DNA from: a virus
Strand: one strand, 5' to 3'
DNA length: 64,000 nucleotides
Virus record (IMG/VR): IMGVR_UViG_3300042691_019444
Coordinates: 1 to 64,000 of that record
Shown: positions 37,954 through 46,968 of the stretch, in pieces
Layout of the letters: every line of letters starts with the position of its first letter
How positions within the stretch are numbered: position 1 is the first letter of the stretch
Program-made: the position numbers and the translations under genes
The notes under the pieces: generated by a model
What the model was told of the DNA's origin: nothing
The model's database searches: none
What the model saw: only the letters and a program-made list of their open reading frames with translations

Positions 37954-39606
37954 ATGGGACGCAAACCCCTAACCCCCTTAGATGTGGATGAGTGGGAGCA
38001 GAATAGACCGCCCACTAACCGCGAAGCCCTAATGATGAATGAGGGCGTGCAGGCAACCATACATGCGCTGTTCGCACGTGCGCGCATAGACCCCGTGTGT
38101 ACGTTCGACTTAGTTGCCCGCGAAGAGACTAGTAAGGTGAAGATTCGGGCCTTACCGCATCAGCGCCTATTTTTCGACTTCGTAATGGCTCACAGACATT
38201 GCGTGGTGTTCGAACCGCCCGGTACAAGTAAGACGTTCAATACGGCGTTCATTACGTTGTTCTTGCTGGGCAATGACCCAACAGAACGCGGAGCCATAAT
38301 CAGCGCTACACAACCACAAGCCCGTAAGCCGTTGGGGATGGTGCGGAGCTACATTGAAGAGTCGAAAGAGCTGAAGGCCATATTCCCCAAACTCCAACCC
38401 ACACTACGACGGGGTGAGCCGTGGACTAAGGACGCCATAACGGTGCATCGACCTCCGGGCATTCGAGACCCGTCGCTGGTTGCCGTGGGTATCGATGGGG
38501 CCTTACCGGGTTCGCGTCTGAGCTGGATTGTGGTGGATGACATTCTGAACCGCGAGAACACCGCCACACACGAGCAACGCCTAAAGGTCATAGACTTCTT
38601 CGACCTAACGGTACTGAGCCGCAATGACATGAAGACCGGGCGGTGCATCGTAACCAATACGGCGCACCACGAACACGACCTCCAGCACTACCTACTGAAG
38701 AAGGGTTGGCCTACCCTACGAATGGAGTTGGAGGGGAACGTTTGGATCTATAACACGGATTGGGACTCACCCCTGATACGGCCTGCTAAGCATACGCCGT
38801 TGAGACCAAATGGGCCGTACCGGTTGACTGACCACGACAAGGACGGGTTTGACGAATTCAATACCAAGTCCATGTGGCCTGCTAAGTACGACGCTGATGT
38901 GGTGGCTGAGCTGAAGCGGAATCACACGCCTAGGCGCTACGCACAGCTATTCAAACAGGAGTGTAGGGACGAAGAGTCACAGCGATGCAAGGATTCGTGG
39001 ATTGAGGCATGTAAGGAGCGCGGTAAGGGACTGAAGCAACTGCACAAGTACGAGGGGCCCAACCTAGTGACGACGGGCGTAGACCTAGCGTTTAGGGAGG
39101 GAGAGGAGCACGACTTTACGGCGTTCGTTACGGTGGAGTTCATGCAGGATGGCAGTAGGCGCCTATTGGAAGTCGAGTATGGGCAATGGGACTCTCCGAC
39201 CATTGTGGACAAGTGCATTGAGAAGGCTGAGCTTTTCAAGTGCATCCTTAGGGTGGAGAACAATGCCGCGCAGGACACCATCATTCAGTTTGCGCGTAAG
39301 CGAAACAAGGCATTACGAATCAGGCCCCACACCACGGGACGCAATAAGGCGCACCCTGAGTACGGTGTGGAGGGTATGTTTGTTGAGGTACGCAATGCAG
39401 GCTGGATATTCCCGTGTGACGATGCACTCAACTGCGATGAATCCGTACAGTGGTTGTTGGAGGGTATGGCAACCTACGATCCAGCCAAGCACACACATGA
39501 CGGGCTTATGGCGTTGTGGTTCGCAGTCGAACAAGGACGCGAGTTGGGGGCATTCCGTACACTCAAGTCCGGAGCTGGCGGTTTCGGTGGGCTAATGAGC
39601 AGATGA
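37954..39606 (+). CDS. terL: Terminase large subunit
   Basis: PHQ, PPGTSKT Walker A variant, ISATQPQA, GSRLSWIVVDD Walker B, GVDLA..DFTA, VENNAAQ, HDGLMA nuclease motifs. Confidence 0.9.
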   Translation: MGRKPLTPLDVDEWEQNRPPTNREALMMNEGVQATIHALFARARIDPVCTFDLVAREETSKVKIRALPHQRLFFDFVMAHRHCVVFEPPGTSKTFNTAFITLFLLGNDPTERGAIISATQPQARKPLGMVRSYIEESKELKAIFPKLQPTLRRGEPWTKDAITVHRPPGIRDPSLVAVGIDGALPGSRLSWIVVDDILNRENTATHEQRLKVIDFFDLTVLSRNDMKTGRCIVTNTAHHEHDLQHYLLKKGWPTLRMELEGNVWIYNTDWDSPLIRPAKHTPLRPNGPYRLTDHDKDGFDEFNTKSMWPAKYDADVVAELKRNHTPRRYAQLFKQECRDEESQRCKDSWIEACKERGKGLKQLHKYEGPNLVTTGVDLAFREGEEHDFTAFVTVEFMQDGSRRLLEVEYGQWDSPTIVDKCIEKAELFKCILRVENNAAQDTIIQFARKRNKALRIRPHTTGRNKAHPEYGVEGMFVEVRNAGWIFPCDDALNCDESVQWLLEGMATYDPAKHTHDGLMALWFAVEQGRELGAFRTLKSGAGGFGGLMSR

Positions 39607-39618
39607 AGGGAGCAGACA

Positions 39619-40128
39619 ATGAAACATGCGTGGTTGTTGCTGATGGTGTGGTTGATGGGGTGTTCGTCCACTGACCTTCCGAACGGGCTTACGTGCGCAA
39701 CGTGCGACGCGCGCGTGGATGGCCCTACCGCTATGGTGTGCGTCGATGAGGCGTTCTCTAGCGAGACGGGTGTGGCCGTAAATGCCATCAGGGAATGGGA
39801 TGGGGCGTTGTGCGGTAAGTTGCAATTCAAGACCAGAGTCATCGATGGGGCAGATGCCCCGGTAGACGGGTGTGACTATACGGTGTTGGCCGTAAGCTCG
39901 ACTGCCCCATGGGTTGCTGAGCATATGGAGGAGAACCTAGCAGGCTTTGCGGATCCCTCCATAGGCGTAGCTTGGGTGATTATTGACAAGGTTCCGGCAG
40001 GGTTGACACGTGCGGTTGTGGTGCACGAATTCGGTCACCTGTTGGGAGTCAAACACGGTGAGGGTGTAATGGCCGCAACCCTTACCAACGAATGCATTGC
40101 GGCTGAGTCTGTAGGGGAGGTGGAGTGA
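39619..40128 (+). CDS. Lipoprotein zinc metalloprotease (matrixin/M10-like)
   Basis: Lipobox LMGC; HEFGHLLGVKH and Met-turn GVM. Confidence 0.8.
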   Translation: MKHAWLLLMVWLMGCSSTDLPNGLTCATCDARVDGPTAMVCVDEAFSSETGVAVNAIREWDGALCGKLQFKTRVIDGADAPVDGCDYTVLAVSSTAPWVAEHMEENLAGFADPSIGVAWVIIDKVPAGLTRAVVVHEFGHLLGVKHGEGVMAATLTNECIAAESVGEVE

Positions 40129-40619
40129 TGGATACTGTATTAGGTGGAGCGATGGATGCCGTATTGGATGTGATGCAGGTAATCCGTAAGGCGCCAAGGG
40201 TGTTCTATCTGGTTAGGTTGGCGGATGAGACGGGTGTGAGTGGGACTGGGATTGTGGCGGATGGTGTGCAGTTCTGGGACGGTACGTGCGTTGTGAATTG
40301 GGCCACAACCACAACAAGCACAAGCATCTACAAGTCGATCACCGACGTAACTACCATTCACGGCCATAACGGTAAGACGCGAGTGTTCTGGGAGGACATC
40401 GACTTCATACACCGTCCTACGCAAACAGCAGTCATGCACGACTGTCAGGTGTTCAAGCCACTACCGGACGGGTCATGTGAGCTGTTCGATGGTTGGCCTA
40501 AACCCGAAGAGGACTACGTCAGTATCCGGTGGTACATAAACCGGTATGGGCGTCGGTTGCACAACCTACCTAGGGCAACACCCTATGTTGCTCCACCGAT
40601 GGGTGTAAGGGGCCCCTAG
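40125..40619 (+). CDS. Conserved phage hypothetical protein
   Basis: FYLVRLADETGVSGTGIVADGVQFWDG...HGHNG motif. Confidence 0.65.
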   Translation: MMDTVLGGAMDAVLDVMQVIRKAPRVFYLVRLADETGVSGTGIVADGVQFWDGTCVVNWATTTTSTSIYKSITDVTTIHGHNGKTRVFWEDIDFIHRPTQTAVMHDCQVFKPLPDGSCELFDGWPKPEEDYVSIRWYINRYGRRLHNLPRATPYVAPPMGVRGP

Positions 40620-40635
40620 TGCGCGGCATAACCCT

Positions 40636-40655
40636 ACCGCAACACGTGTTGCGGT
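40636..40655. repeat. Dispersed palindrome
   Basis: Exact; between CGGCATAA (40624) and the SD. Confidence 0.95.
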
Positions 40656-40665
40656 GGAGGTTACT

Positions 40666-41103
40666 ATGCGTCCAACATGCCCGGTCTGTGGTGTCCGTCA
40701 CACCAAATTCCCCCGTAAGTGCTATTACAACCAACTAGGCTATTACTCACACGCCATCATCATGACTGGCCTCAGTGACATTCAGGCCATTCTCAACCAT
40801 CCCCAACTAGATGGTAAGGATTCGTGGAAGAGTGAGTTGCGCAAGTTCGTTGTAATGAAGAACTATGTGCGGGAATGGGCTGATGAGATTGATCCAAAGC
40901 AAGCGGGTAAACCGGATACCTTAGAACCACCGATTGACCTCATACGTGTGATTGTGGTGGCTGAGAATGATTTGCAGCGTGCCATACTGGATGGGGCTCT
41001 GAAGTACCCGGACATCCGAACACGCATCGATAACCTAGCGGCCAAGCTAGCCAATGAGTGCAGGTTGGCCGAACGAGAGGAGAGGGCCTATGAAGGTGGG
41101 TGA
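40666..41103 (+). CDS. Hypothetical protein
   Basis: SD GGAGG. Confidence 0.6.
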   Translation: MRPTCPVCGVRHTKFPRKCYYNQLGYYSHAIIMTGLSDIQAILNHPQLDGKDSWKSELRKFVVMKNYVREWADEIDPKQAGKPDTLEPPIDLIRVIVVAENDLQRAILDGALKYPDIRTRIDNLAAKLANECRLAEREERAYEGG

Positions 41104-41320
41104 CAAGGTCCGTATCAAACTACATGCCCGCGAAGAATGGGTTGCTGATGTTGCCAATATTGTAGATGGTGCGGTTGGGACACTGGCATCGATCTATAAG
41201 GGGATGTATTTGGTAACGTTCAATCCACCACTCTATCCTACGCGGAAGCGGGGGTCGTATAACCTACCGCAACCCGTGTCGGGTATGCATTTCGATCGTC
41301 AAGACCTCATTGCGGCATAA
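41090..41320 (+). CDS. Small SH3/KOW-like protein
   Basis: MKVGDKVRI. Confidence 0.55.
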   Translation: MKVGDKVRIKLHAREEWVADVANIVDGAVGTLASIYKGMYLVTFNPPLYPTRKRGSYNLPQPVSGMHFDRQDLIAA

Positions 41321-41323
41321 CTT

Positions 41324-41343
41324 ACCGCAACCCGTGTTGCGGA
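41324..41343. repeat. Dispersed palindrome variant (CAACCCGTG)
   Basis: One internal mismatch; after CGGCATAA at 41313; a more degenerate copy at 41266. Confidence 0.85.
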
Positions 41344-41350
41344 GGTGGTT

Positions 41351-41590
41351 ATGCGTACTTCAAAACAACTCAAGTCTGATGTGCGGTTCGCCAGGCGCAT
41401 TGCACAGCTCATTTCAGCACACCTATCTGATGATGAGTTTGCACGCTTGTTGGCTATGCTTGATGGGTCCGACCTTATCGAAGATGCCATTGAGAAGGTC
41501 GGGTTCTGGAGATGCCCGCACGTGTACGTGAGGGGCAATCGCAAAGCCGTAAAGCGAGAACCTGTGAAGGCAATGGGTAAGGAGGAGTGA
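41351..41590 (+). CDS. Hypothetical protein
   Basis: SD GGAGGT. Confidence 0.55.
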   Translation: MRTSKQLKSDVRFARRIAQLISAHLSDDEFARLLAMLDGSDLIEDAIEKVGFWRCPHVYVRGNRKAVKREPVKAMGKEE

Positions 41591-42102
41591 TGCTGAAGTA
41601 TGTAAATGATCCCACAATCATCGCATTCACCAGGGCCCGATTACCCTACGGATGGCTCGGTAACATGAGTGCCTATCCGGTCACCATCTTTGAGGTGTGT
41701 TGGCCTACCGCCGAACATGCATTCCAAGCCATGCGGGTGCATGAGAACTATTGGAATACGGTACGGGATGCTGCATCACCCATGACCGCTAAGATGCTAG
41801 TGAGGGGGATGATATCTAGGGGTGGTTACTTTATGGTGGTGGAACCCCGTACCGTGCGTGACATTGAGAACATGCGTACGGTGTTGATGCAGAAGGTGAT
41901 TCAGAATCCCAAGCTAGCAGTAGCGCTACTCCAGACCGGAGACAGCCTAATTGTTGAAGACGTTACTAAGCAGCCACATGACTTGTTCTGGGGCATGAAG
42001 TTGGTTGGAGACCATTGGGTGGGGGACAACATGCTTGGGTTATTGTGGATGGGGGTACGCGCTAGGCTACGAGGCATTATTCCTCAACAGGGGGTTCTAT
42101 GA
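41590..42102 (+). CDS. NADAR family protein (YbiA-like)
   Basis: GWLGNM, WPTAEHAFQA, QKVIQNPKL..LLQTGD..IVE, DLFWG, GDNMLGLLWMGVR. Confidence 0.9.
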   Translation: MLKYVNDPTIIAFTRARLPYGWLGNMSAYPVTIFEVCWPTAEHAFQAMRVHENYWNTVRDAASPMTAKMLVRGMISRGGYFMVVEPRTVRDIENMRTVLMQKVIQNPKLAVALLQTGDSLIVEDVTKQPHDLFWGMKLVGDHWVGDNMLGLLWMGVRARLRGIIPQQGVL

Positions 42103-42344
42103 GTAAGAAGGTAATTGGCATCGACCTAGCATCCGGTAAGGACTACACGTCAATGGTTGTGATGGGGGGCGGTAAGGTTCTGCAACTGCATCAAGGTACA
42201 ACGATGGATGTGGAGCAGATTAGGGCTGCTGTCCGGACATTAGAGACTGCTAATCAGATGTCGGTGAATGCGAACAATGTTCTGAAGTTCGCAGTATGGT
42301 TCAAGTCGCAATTGTTCAGGGAGATGGGAGGGACTGGCATATGA
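42099..42344 (+). CDS. Hypothetical protein
   Basis: IGIDLASGKDYTS. Confidence 0.5.
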   Translation: MSKKVIGIDLASGKDYTSMVVMGGGKVLQLHQGTTMDVEQIRAAVRTLETANQMSVNANNVLKFAVWFKSQLFREMGGTGI

Positions 42345-42724
42345 AGCCTGTAGACCAGACAGTGTTTACGGTACCGGGAGGCAATTGCTTCTCAGCGTGT
42401 GTTGCGTCGTTGTTGCACCTAAGCATTGATGAGGTGCCGTACTTTATGGGGGATGAACCGCCTGATAAGCCCAATATGTGGTTCAGGCGGTTCTTGGATT
42501 GGTTGAAGCCTAAAGGGTTATGGGCGGTTACCATTGAGCTGGGTAATGGTTGGGTGCCATTCGGTGAATGCATCCTATCGGGCAAGTCTCCTAGGGGGGA
42601 CTTTCTACATAGTGTGGTGGCCGATGGTCTAACTATCATTCATGACCCACACCCATCCAGAGCCGGCATACTGACGCGGGAAGACGTAGTGGTGCTGATT
42701 CCTAGGATCATCTATAGGTTGTAA
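42341..42724 (+). CDS. Peptidase C39/papain-like fold protein
   Basis: Q..GNCFSACVASLL, HSVV, HDP. Confidence 0.55.
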   Translation: MKPVDQTVFTVPGGNCFSACVASLLHLSIDEVPYFMGDEPPDKPNMWFRRFLDWLKPKGLWAVTIELGNGWVPFGECILSGKSPRGDFLHSVVADGLTIIHDPHPSRAGILTREDVVVLIPRIIYRL

Positions 42725-43716
42725 TGACTCTGACGATCAGAGACCTCTACACGACATGTCCTAAGTGCGGAATGTACTTGGGTGCCTACGCAATGCGCGC
42801 ACGCGGGCAAGTGCGGCATAAGTGCCAACAACAATCGGAGGCTGATATGAGTAAGTACAGAGTCGAGACGTTTGGTCCATTTGAGATTAGCGAAACTGAT
42901 AACTTCGCAGAATTCACATCCAAAGACGGAGACGGCGTGGACATACCGTTGCAGAACGGGGTGGCGCGTGTGCGCGTTACAGTGCGCAAGCGTCCCGGAG
43001 AACCGTCTGAACCATTCGAGCACCAGATTGGACGCCTTGCTAAGTGCATCATGGCAGAGGTTGAGGGGGAGCCAAGTACGTCGGACGGTGCGGTTGATGT
43101 GGCAATCCGTCTCATCAAACACGCGTACGGGCATAGACCGCTAGACCTAGGTCCTACCATTGCGGTGGACTTCGACGGCGTAATCCATTCCTACGTTAGT
43201 GGTTGGAAGGGTGTGGATGGGATTCCGGATCCGCCCGTACCAGGGGCCATTGAATGGCTGAATGATGTGGTTACGGAATGCCGTGTTGTTATCCACACCA
43301 CAAGGGCCGAGAGTCCTAAAGGGGTGGCCGCCATTGTTGAGTGGTTGAAACGGAACGGCGCAACCCCACAACTCTACAACTCAACCATCACCAATAAGAA
43401 GGTACCGGCGGTCGTATACATTGACGACAGGGCATTCCGATTCACCGGTACATTCCCATCTATCGAGAAGCTGCTGATTGGAATGAAGCCCTGGTACAAG
43501 CAACCATCCTTTAGCGGACCCCACATAGGGACTCGCGGTAGGACGAGAAGTGAAGCGGCGCACGCTGCTATCGATATGATGGAACGAGAAGGGTTGTTGG
43601 ATGATTCCAAATGTGTTGAGTTGAAGTTTGGAACCGATACGGGGGACTATCGACACACATGTACGGTTGTGGATACCGTGGCTGAGCCCATGGACCTTAC
43701 CAAAATCCCCCTCTAA
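42724..43716 (+). CDS. HAD-superfamily phosphatase domain protein
   Basis: IAVDFDGVIHSY, HTTR, KVPAVVYIDDRA; likely start 42847 (SD GGAGG, CGGCATAA at 42814). Confidence 0.8.
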   Translation: MTLTIRDLYTTCPKCGMYLGAYAMRARGQVRHKCQQQSEADMSKYRVETFGPFEISETDNFAEFTSKDGDGVDIPLQNGVARVRVTVRKRPGEPSEPFEHQIGRLAKCIMAEVEGEPSTSDGAVDVAIRLIKHAYGHRPLDLGPTIAVDFDGVIHSYVSGWKGVDGIPDPPVPGAIEWLNDVVTECRVVIHTTRAESPKGVAAIVEWLKRNGATPQLYNSTITNKKVPAVVYIDDRAFRFTGTFPSIEKLLIGMKPWYKQPSFSGPHIGTRGRTRSEAAHAAIDMMEREGLLDDSKCVELKFGTDTGDYRHTCTVVDTVAEPMDLTKIPL

Positions 43717-43763
43717 TCCCACCTATACGGCCGACACCAATCCAACTAAACTAACACCTAGGC

Positions 43764-43807
43764 ACCGCAACACGTGTTGCGGCATAACAGGTTAGGAGGC
43801 ATTCATG
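43764..43807 (+). promoter_or_regulatory. 44-bp palindrome + CGGCATAA + SD + ATG leader cassette
   Basis: Same geometry as 34311. Confidence 0.85.
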
Positions 43808-44017
43808 CGACGACCGTTGTATGTCACGAACAAGGCTATGGTCCACTACATGTATTGGATGTGCGCACATAGCGCCAAAGAGCGACGGCTGCAAGAAGCA
43901 CACTCGCGCGCCACCATATCGTTGGAGGCGTGGTTTGAATTCGTCAGATACCGGGGCAATTCGTACACACATATTGAGTTCTACGAAGCCTGTTGGGGAA
44001 TCTCCAATGGCCCGTAA
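43805..44017 (+). CDS. Hypothetical protein
   Basis: Follows the leader cassette. Confidence 0.55.
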   Translation: MRRPLYVTNKAMVHYMYWMCAHSAKERRLQEAHSRATISLEAWFEFVRYRGNSYTHIEFYEACWGISNGP

Positions 44018-44288
44018 ACGTCTAACCAGTGCACAGCTAACCGCACTAGATAGGGAGGTAGTGGTTGGGGCGGTATGGACGGTTGAGGAGTTCCATACCC
44101 TGAATCCGGTGCAGGTAGTGAGGGAATGTGCTGATGGGTTGTTTGTGTGGGTTGTGCCTAAGTATGGAGTAGAGGGGCGCAAACACCCGTTCAAAGTAGG
44201 CCGTTCATTCTTCGACCTATCGGGGTCCAAGTACATTGGGACCGATAAGGTATGTGACCACGAGCAGATAACCGATCTAATAGGATGA
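44007..44288 (+). CDS. Hypothetical protein, paralog of 54777-55037
   Basis: Shared GAxW, PxQxV, VWxVP, SxYxG...CxHExxT. Confidence 0.65.
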   Translation: MARKRLTSAQLTALDREVVVGAVWTVEEFHTLNPVQVVRECADGLFVWVVPKYGVEGRKHPFKVGRSFFDLSGSKYIGTDKVCDHEQITDLIG

Positions 44289-44530
44289 CTATGAAACTCC
44301 AATTCATTGCAACGGTGTTCGAGAAACGTGAGCGAGAGAACGCAACCTCAACAACACTGACGTCCACTAACGCTGAGATTGCGATTTACCATTCTCCGAA
44401 GGACGCCAAACACTTCGGTCCCGTTAGGGGTACTGAGGGGGAGTCAAACAAGTTCTTTCGGGTAACCATTGAGGAGGTGCCATACAGTGAAGCCAGCAAT
44501 GGGACAACCATTGAGGACTACGCTTCATGA
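44285..44530 (+). CDS. Hypothetical protein
   Basis: Overlapping operon gene. Confidence 0.5.
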   Translation: MTMKLQFIATVFEKRERENATSTTLTSTNAEIAIYHSPKDAKHFGPVRGTEGESNKFFRVTIEEVPYSEASNGTTIEDYAS

Positions 44531-44763
44531 ACACCGCGAGGGCTGTCATGCTGTGCGCGGCATCGTACATGCTCTCAAGGGAAGCTGATGCCATCTACTA
44601 CAATCTCGAAGCATCTGATGAGGAGCGCAAACGTGCACGTGAGCTTGATAAGGTATCCCATCAGATGGCAAAGGATGCCGGCGCACTTGATAGCGATACA
44701 CTTTGGCATCAAGGGGTGGAGTGGGTAACTAACGCCGATACTGACAAGTATGCGGATGACTAG
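44527..44763 (+). CDS. Hypothetical protein
   Basis: ATGA overlap. Confidence 0.5.
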   Translation: MNTARAVMLCAASYMLSREADAIYYNLEASDEERKRARELDKVSHQMAKDAGALDSDTLWHQGVEWVTNADTDKYADD

Positions 44764-44769
44764 GAGGGT

Positions 44770-45066
44770 GTGATGAAGATGGGATTGATAGATCCGGAGA
44801 CTGGTGAGGTGTGCGCCGTATTCAAAGTTTCAGAATCGAGCATAGATGACGTTCATAAGGCATTGTGTGATAAAGGCACATTCAAGATGCCTGTATCGGT
44901 TTGGATTGAATACTTACCGATGCCTAAGGCCAAACCGGCTATCGTTTGTATCAACCCTAAGATTCGCCAACACCTGTGCTACACATGGGCAACTAAACTG
45001 AGGGACTTGCAACATAGGGATGTGAGATGTGATAGACCTACGCTTGACTACAAGTTCAACATCTGA
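44770..45066 (+). CDS. Hypothetical protein
   Basis: SD AGGAGG. Confidence 0.5.
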   Translation: MMKMGLIDPETGEVCAVFKVSESSIDDVHKALCDKGTFKMPVSVWIEYLPMPKAKPAIVCINPKIRQHLCYTWATKLRDLQHRDVRCDRPTLDYKFNI

Positions 45067-45281
45067 GACGTTCGGGGTTGACTTGAAGCACGCGAGGCCA
45101 ACATGTGCGGTGGAAAGATTCAATCCTATGTGGTGGGGTATCGGCATACTGACGGGCGCAACCTAACCCGCTACGTTATGGCAAGCTCTGAAGCTGAAGC
45201 CATAAGTGTTGTGACGGCCGAACCTACCTGCGCTGAGTTGCAATACGTACAACTCCCCTCCCAATTACAACCCCCAAAGCT

Positions 45282-45875
45282 ATGAGCCCCCCTAGGTGGT
45301 TGACTAAGTTCCCATATAGGGGTGTCGGCATATGTTCGTGGTGCGGTAAGGCCACCCCACCGAAACGACGATACTGGTGTTCAAAGGAATGTGTTGAAGA
45401 GTGGATGATCCGTAGCAATGCCACGAGCCTACGTAGGGCAACGTTCGAACGGGACAGGGGCGTGTGCGCATTGTGCGGGGTCGACACAGAGGCAGTACAC
45501 AACGAGCTAACCAAACTCTACTACGATGCCCTAGCGAGGCAAGTAGGGGCAGGAACGTATCATGCCAGTCATGCCCTAGCTAAGCGCATTCCCGACTCAG
45601 ACCCCTACAGGGTTCGGATGCGTGAGTTGGGTAGTCCTAAGTGGATGAAGCGCTCTCTGTGGGAGGCCGATCATATTCAGACGGTTGTGGAGGGTGGCGG
45701 GGGTTGTGGGTTGGAGAACATTCGCACGTTGTGTTGGAAGTGTCATGCTGCGGAGACGGCTAAGCTACATGCCCGTCTGAAGGAGTTTCGTAGGCATTGC
45801 CCTCCTGATGTGGAGGCGTGGTTGGATGAACTAGGTACCGCAACACGTGTTGCGGCAGATAAGGAGGCCCCATGA
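45282..45875 (+). CDS. HNH endonuclease
   Basis: CSWC..WCSKEC; RDRGVCALCG; WEADHI..GGG..LENIRTLCWKCH. Confidence 0.85.
   Translation: MSPPRWLTKFPYRGVGICSWCGKATPPKRRYWCSKECVEEWMIRSNATSLRRATFERDRGVCALCGVDTEAVHNELTKLYYDALARQVGAGTYHASHALAKRIPDSDPYRVRMRELGSPKWMKRSLWEADHIQTVVEGGGGCGLENIRTLCWKCHAAETAKLHARLKEFRRHCPPDVEAWLDELGTATRVAADKEAP
45837..45856. repeat. Dispersed palindrome, in frame in the HNH C-terminus
   Basis: Exact core; encodes TATRVAA. Confidence 0.95.
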
Positions 45876-46237
45876 AGTGCAGTATGATCGTTCCGAGTGA
45901 AGTAGTGGCCGAACACTTACACGCTCGCGCGTGTGCGTGGGTGAAACGTCTATTGGAGAAGTGTGAGGTACAGGACGGGAAGGTCGTTATACCAGAGGAG
46001 CTAGTTAGGTCACTAAGCAATGCCGGGAAGGATTACCAACAACTAAACCCCATAGACCGATCCATTCTGCGGTATGAGGCTATGATGCTGATGCTGGCAA
46101 TCACAAGGCCAGAGTGGCACGGGCGTAAGTTGGTACGGTGTGGGGAGTGCAGTAGGCGCGTCAATGGTGTATGTGAAAACCATGGGTCCGAATGTGATGC
46201 GGACTGGGGTTGTGTGGAAGGATTGGAGGCACAATGA
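45872..46237 (+). CDS. Hypothetical protein
   Basis: SD AAGGAGG; Cys-rich C-terminus. Confidence 0.55.
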   Translation: MKCSMIVPSEVVAEHLHARACAWVKRLLEKCEVQDGKVVIPEELVRSLSNAGKDYQQLNPIDRSILRYEAMMLMLAITRPEWHGRKLVRCGECSRRVNGVCENHGSECDADWGCVEGLEAQ

Positions 46238-46968
46238 AGAAGGCAAAGTCTGATAAGCAAATCGTCGGGACCGTTGAGCATGTTGGCATCGATACGTTGA
46301 AGCCCAACAAGTGGAACCCAAATAAGATGACTACCCGCAAGATGGATAGTCTGAAACAAGGACTGATGGAGGAGGGTTGGCTATCGTCTCAGACGTTGCT
46401 GGTGTGGGGTACCGATAAGGACGGAGTTGCCCACAACGTCATTATTGATGGTGAGCATAGGTGGCGGGCAGCGAAGGCTTGTGGGTTCAAACAGGCTCCT
46501 ATTGTGGTGCTGAACAACATCACTGAGATGGAGGCAAAACGGCTAACCATCAAGCTCAATCAACGACGTGGTGAGTTTGACAGTACGATGCTTGGAGACC
46601 TGTTGAAAGAGGTTGCACGCGAGACGGATGCAGCGCTGTCGCTGGGCTTTGAGGATGACTATGTGAGCAAGCTCATTGCATCTACGGATAAGACCGTAAG
46701 TGCGGCAGTATCGGCAGCAACTCCTCCCCCTGCACCGCCACCCCCTCCTGCTCCACCGCCACCTCCTCCAACTAAGGTGGACGGCATCAAGGGCGTACAA
46801 CCAAACACCCGCATTCCGGTCGTCTTCTACATGGATTCAGATGAGGATGCGACTTTGGTGCGTGAAGTGTTTGCGCACGCTCAACGGCAATTCGAGTCTG
46901 ACAGTAAGTTGCTGTTGAGTGCCGCCAAGTACATCAAGGCCAATCCGACCGCTATTCCAAAGGGGTAA
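46234..46968 (+). CDS. ParB/Srx N-terminal domain protein
   Basis: LKPNKWNPN, IIDGEHRWRAA, LNQRRGE. Confidence 0.85.
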   Translation: MKKAKSDKQIVGTVEHVGIDTLKPNKWNPNKMTTRKMDSLKQGLMEEGWLSSQTLLVWGTDKDGVAHNVIIDGEHRWRAAKACGFKQAPIVVLNNITEMEAKRLTIKLNQRRGEFDSTMLGDLLKEVARETDAALSLGFEDDYVSKLIASTDKTVSAAVSAATPPPAPPPPPAPPPPPPTKVDGIKGVQPNTRIPVVFYMDSDEDATLVREVFAHAQRQFESDSKLLLSAAKYIKANPTAIPKG

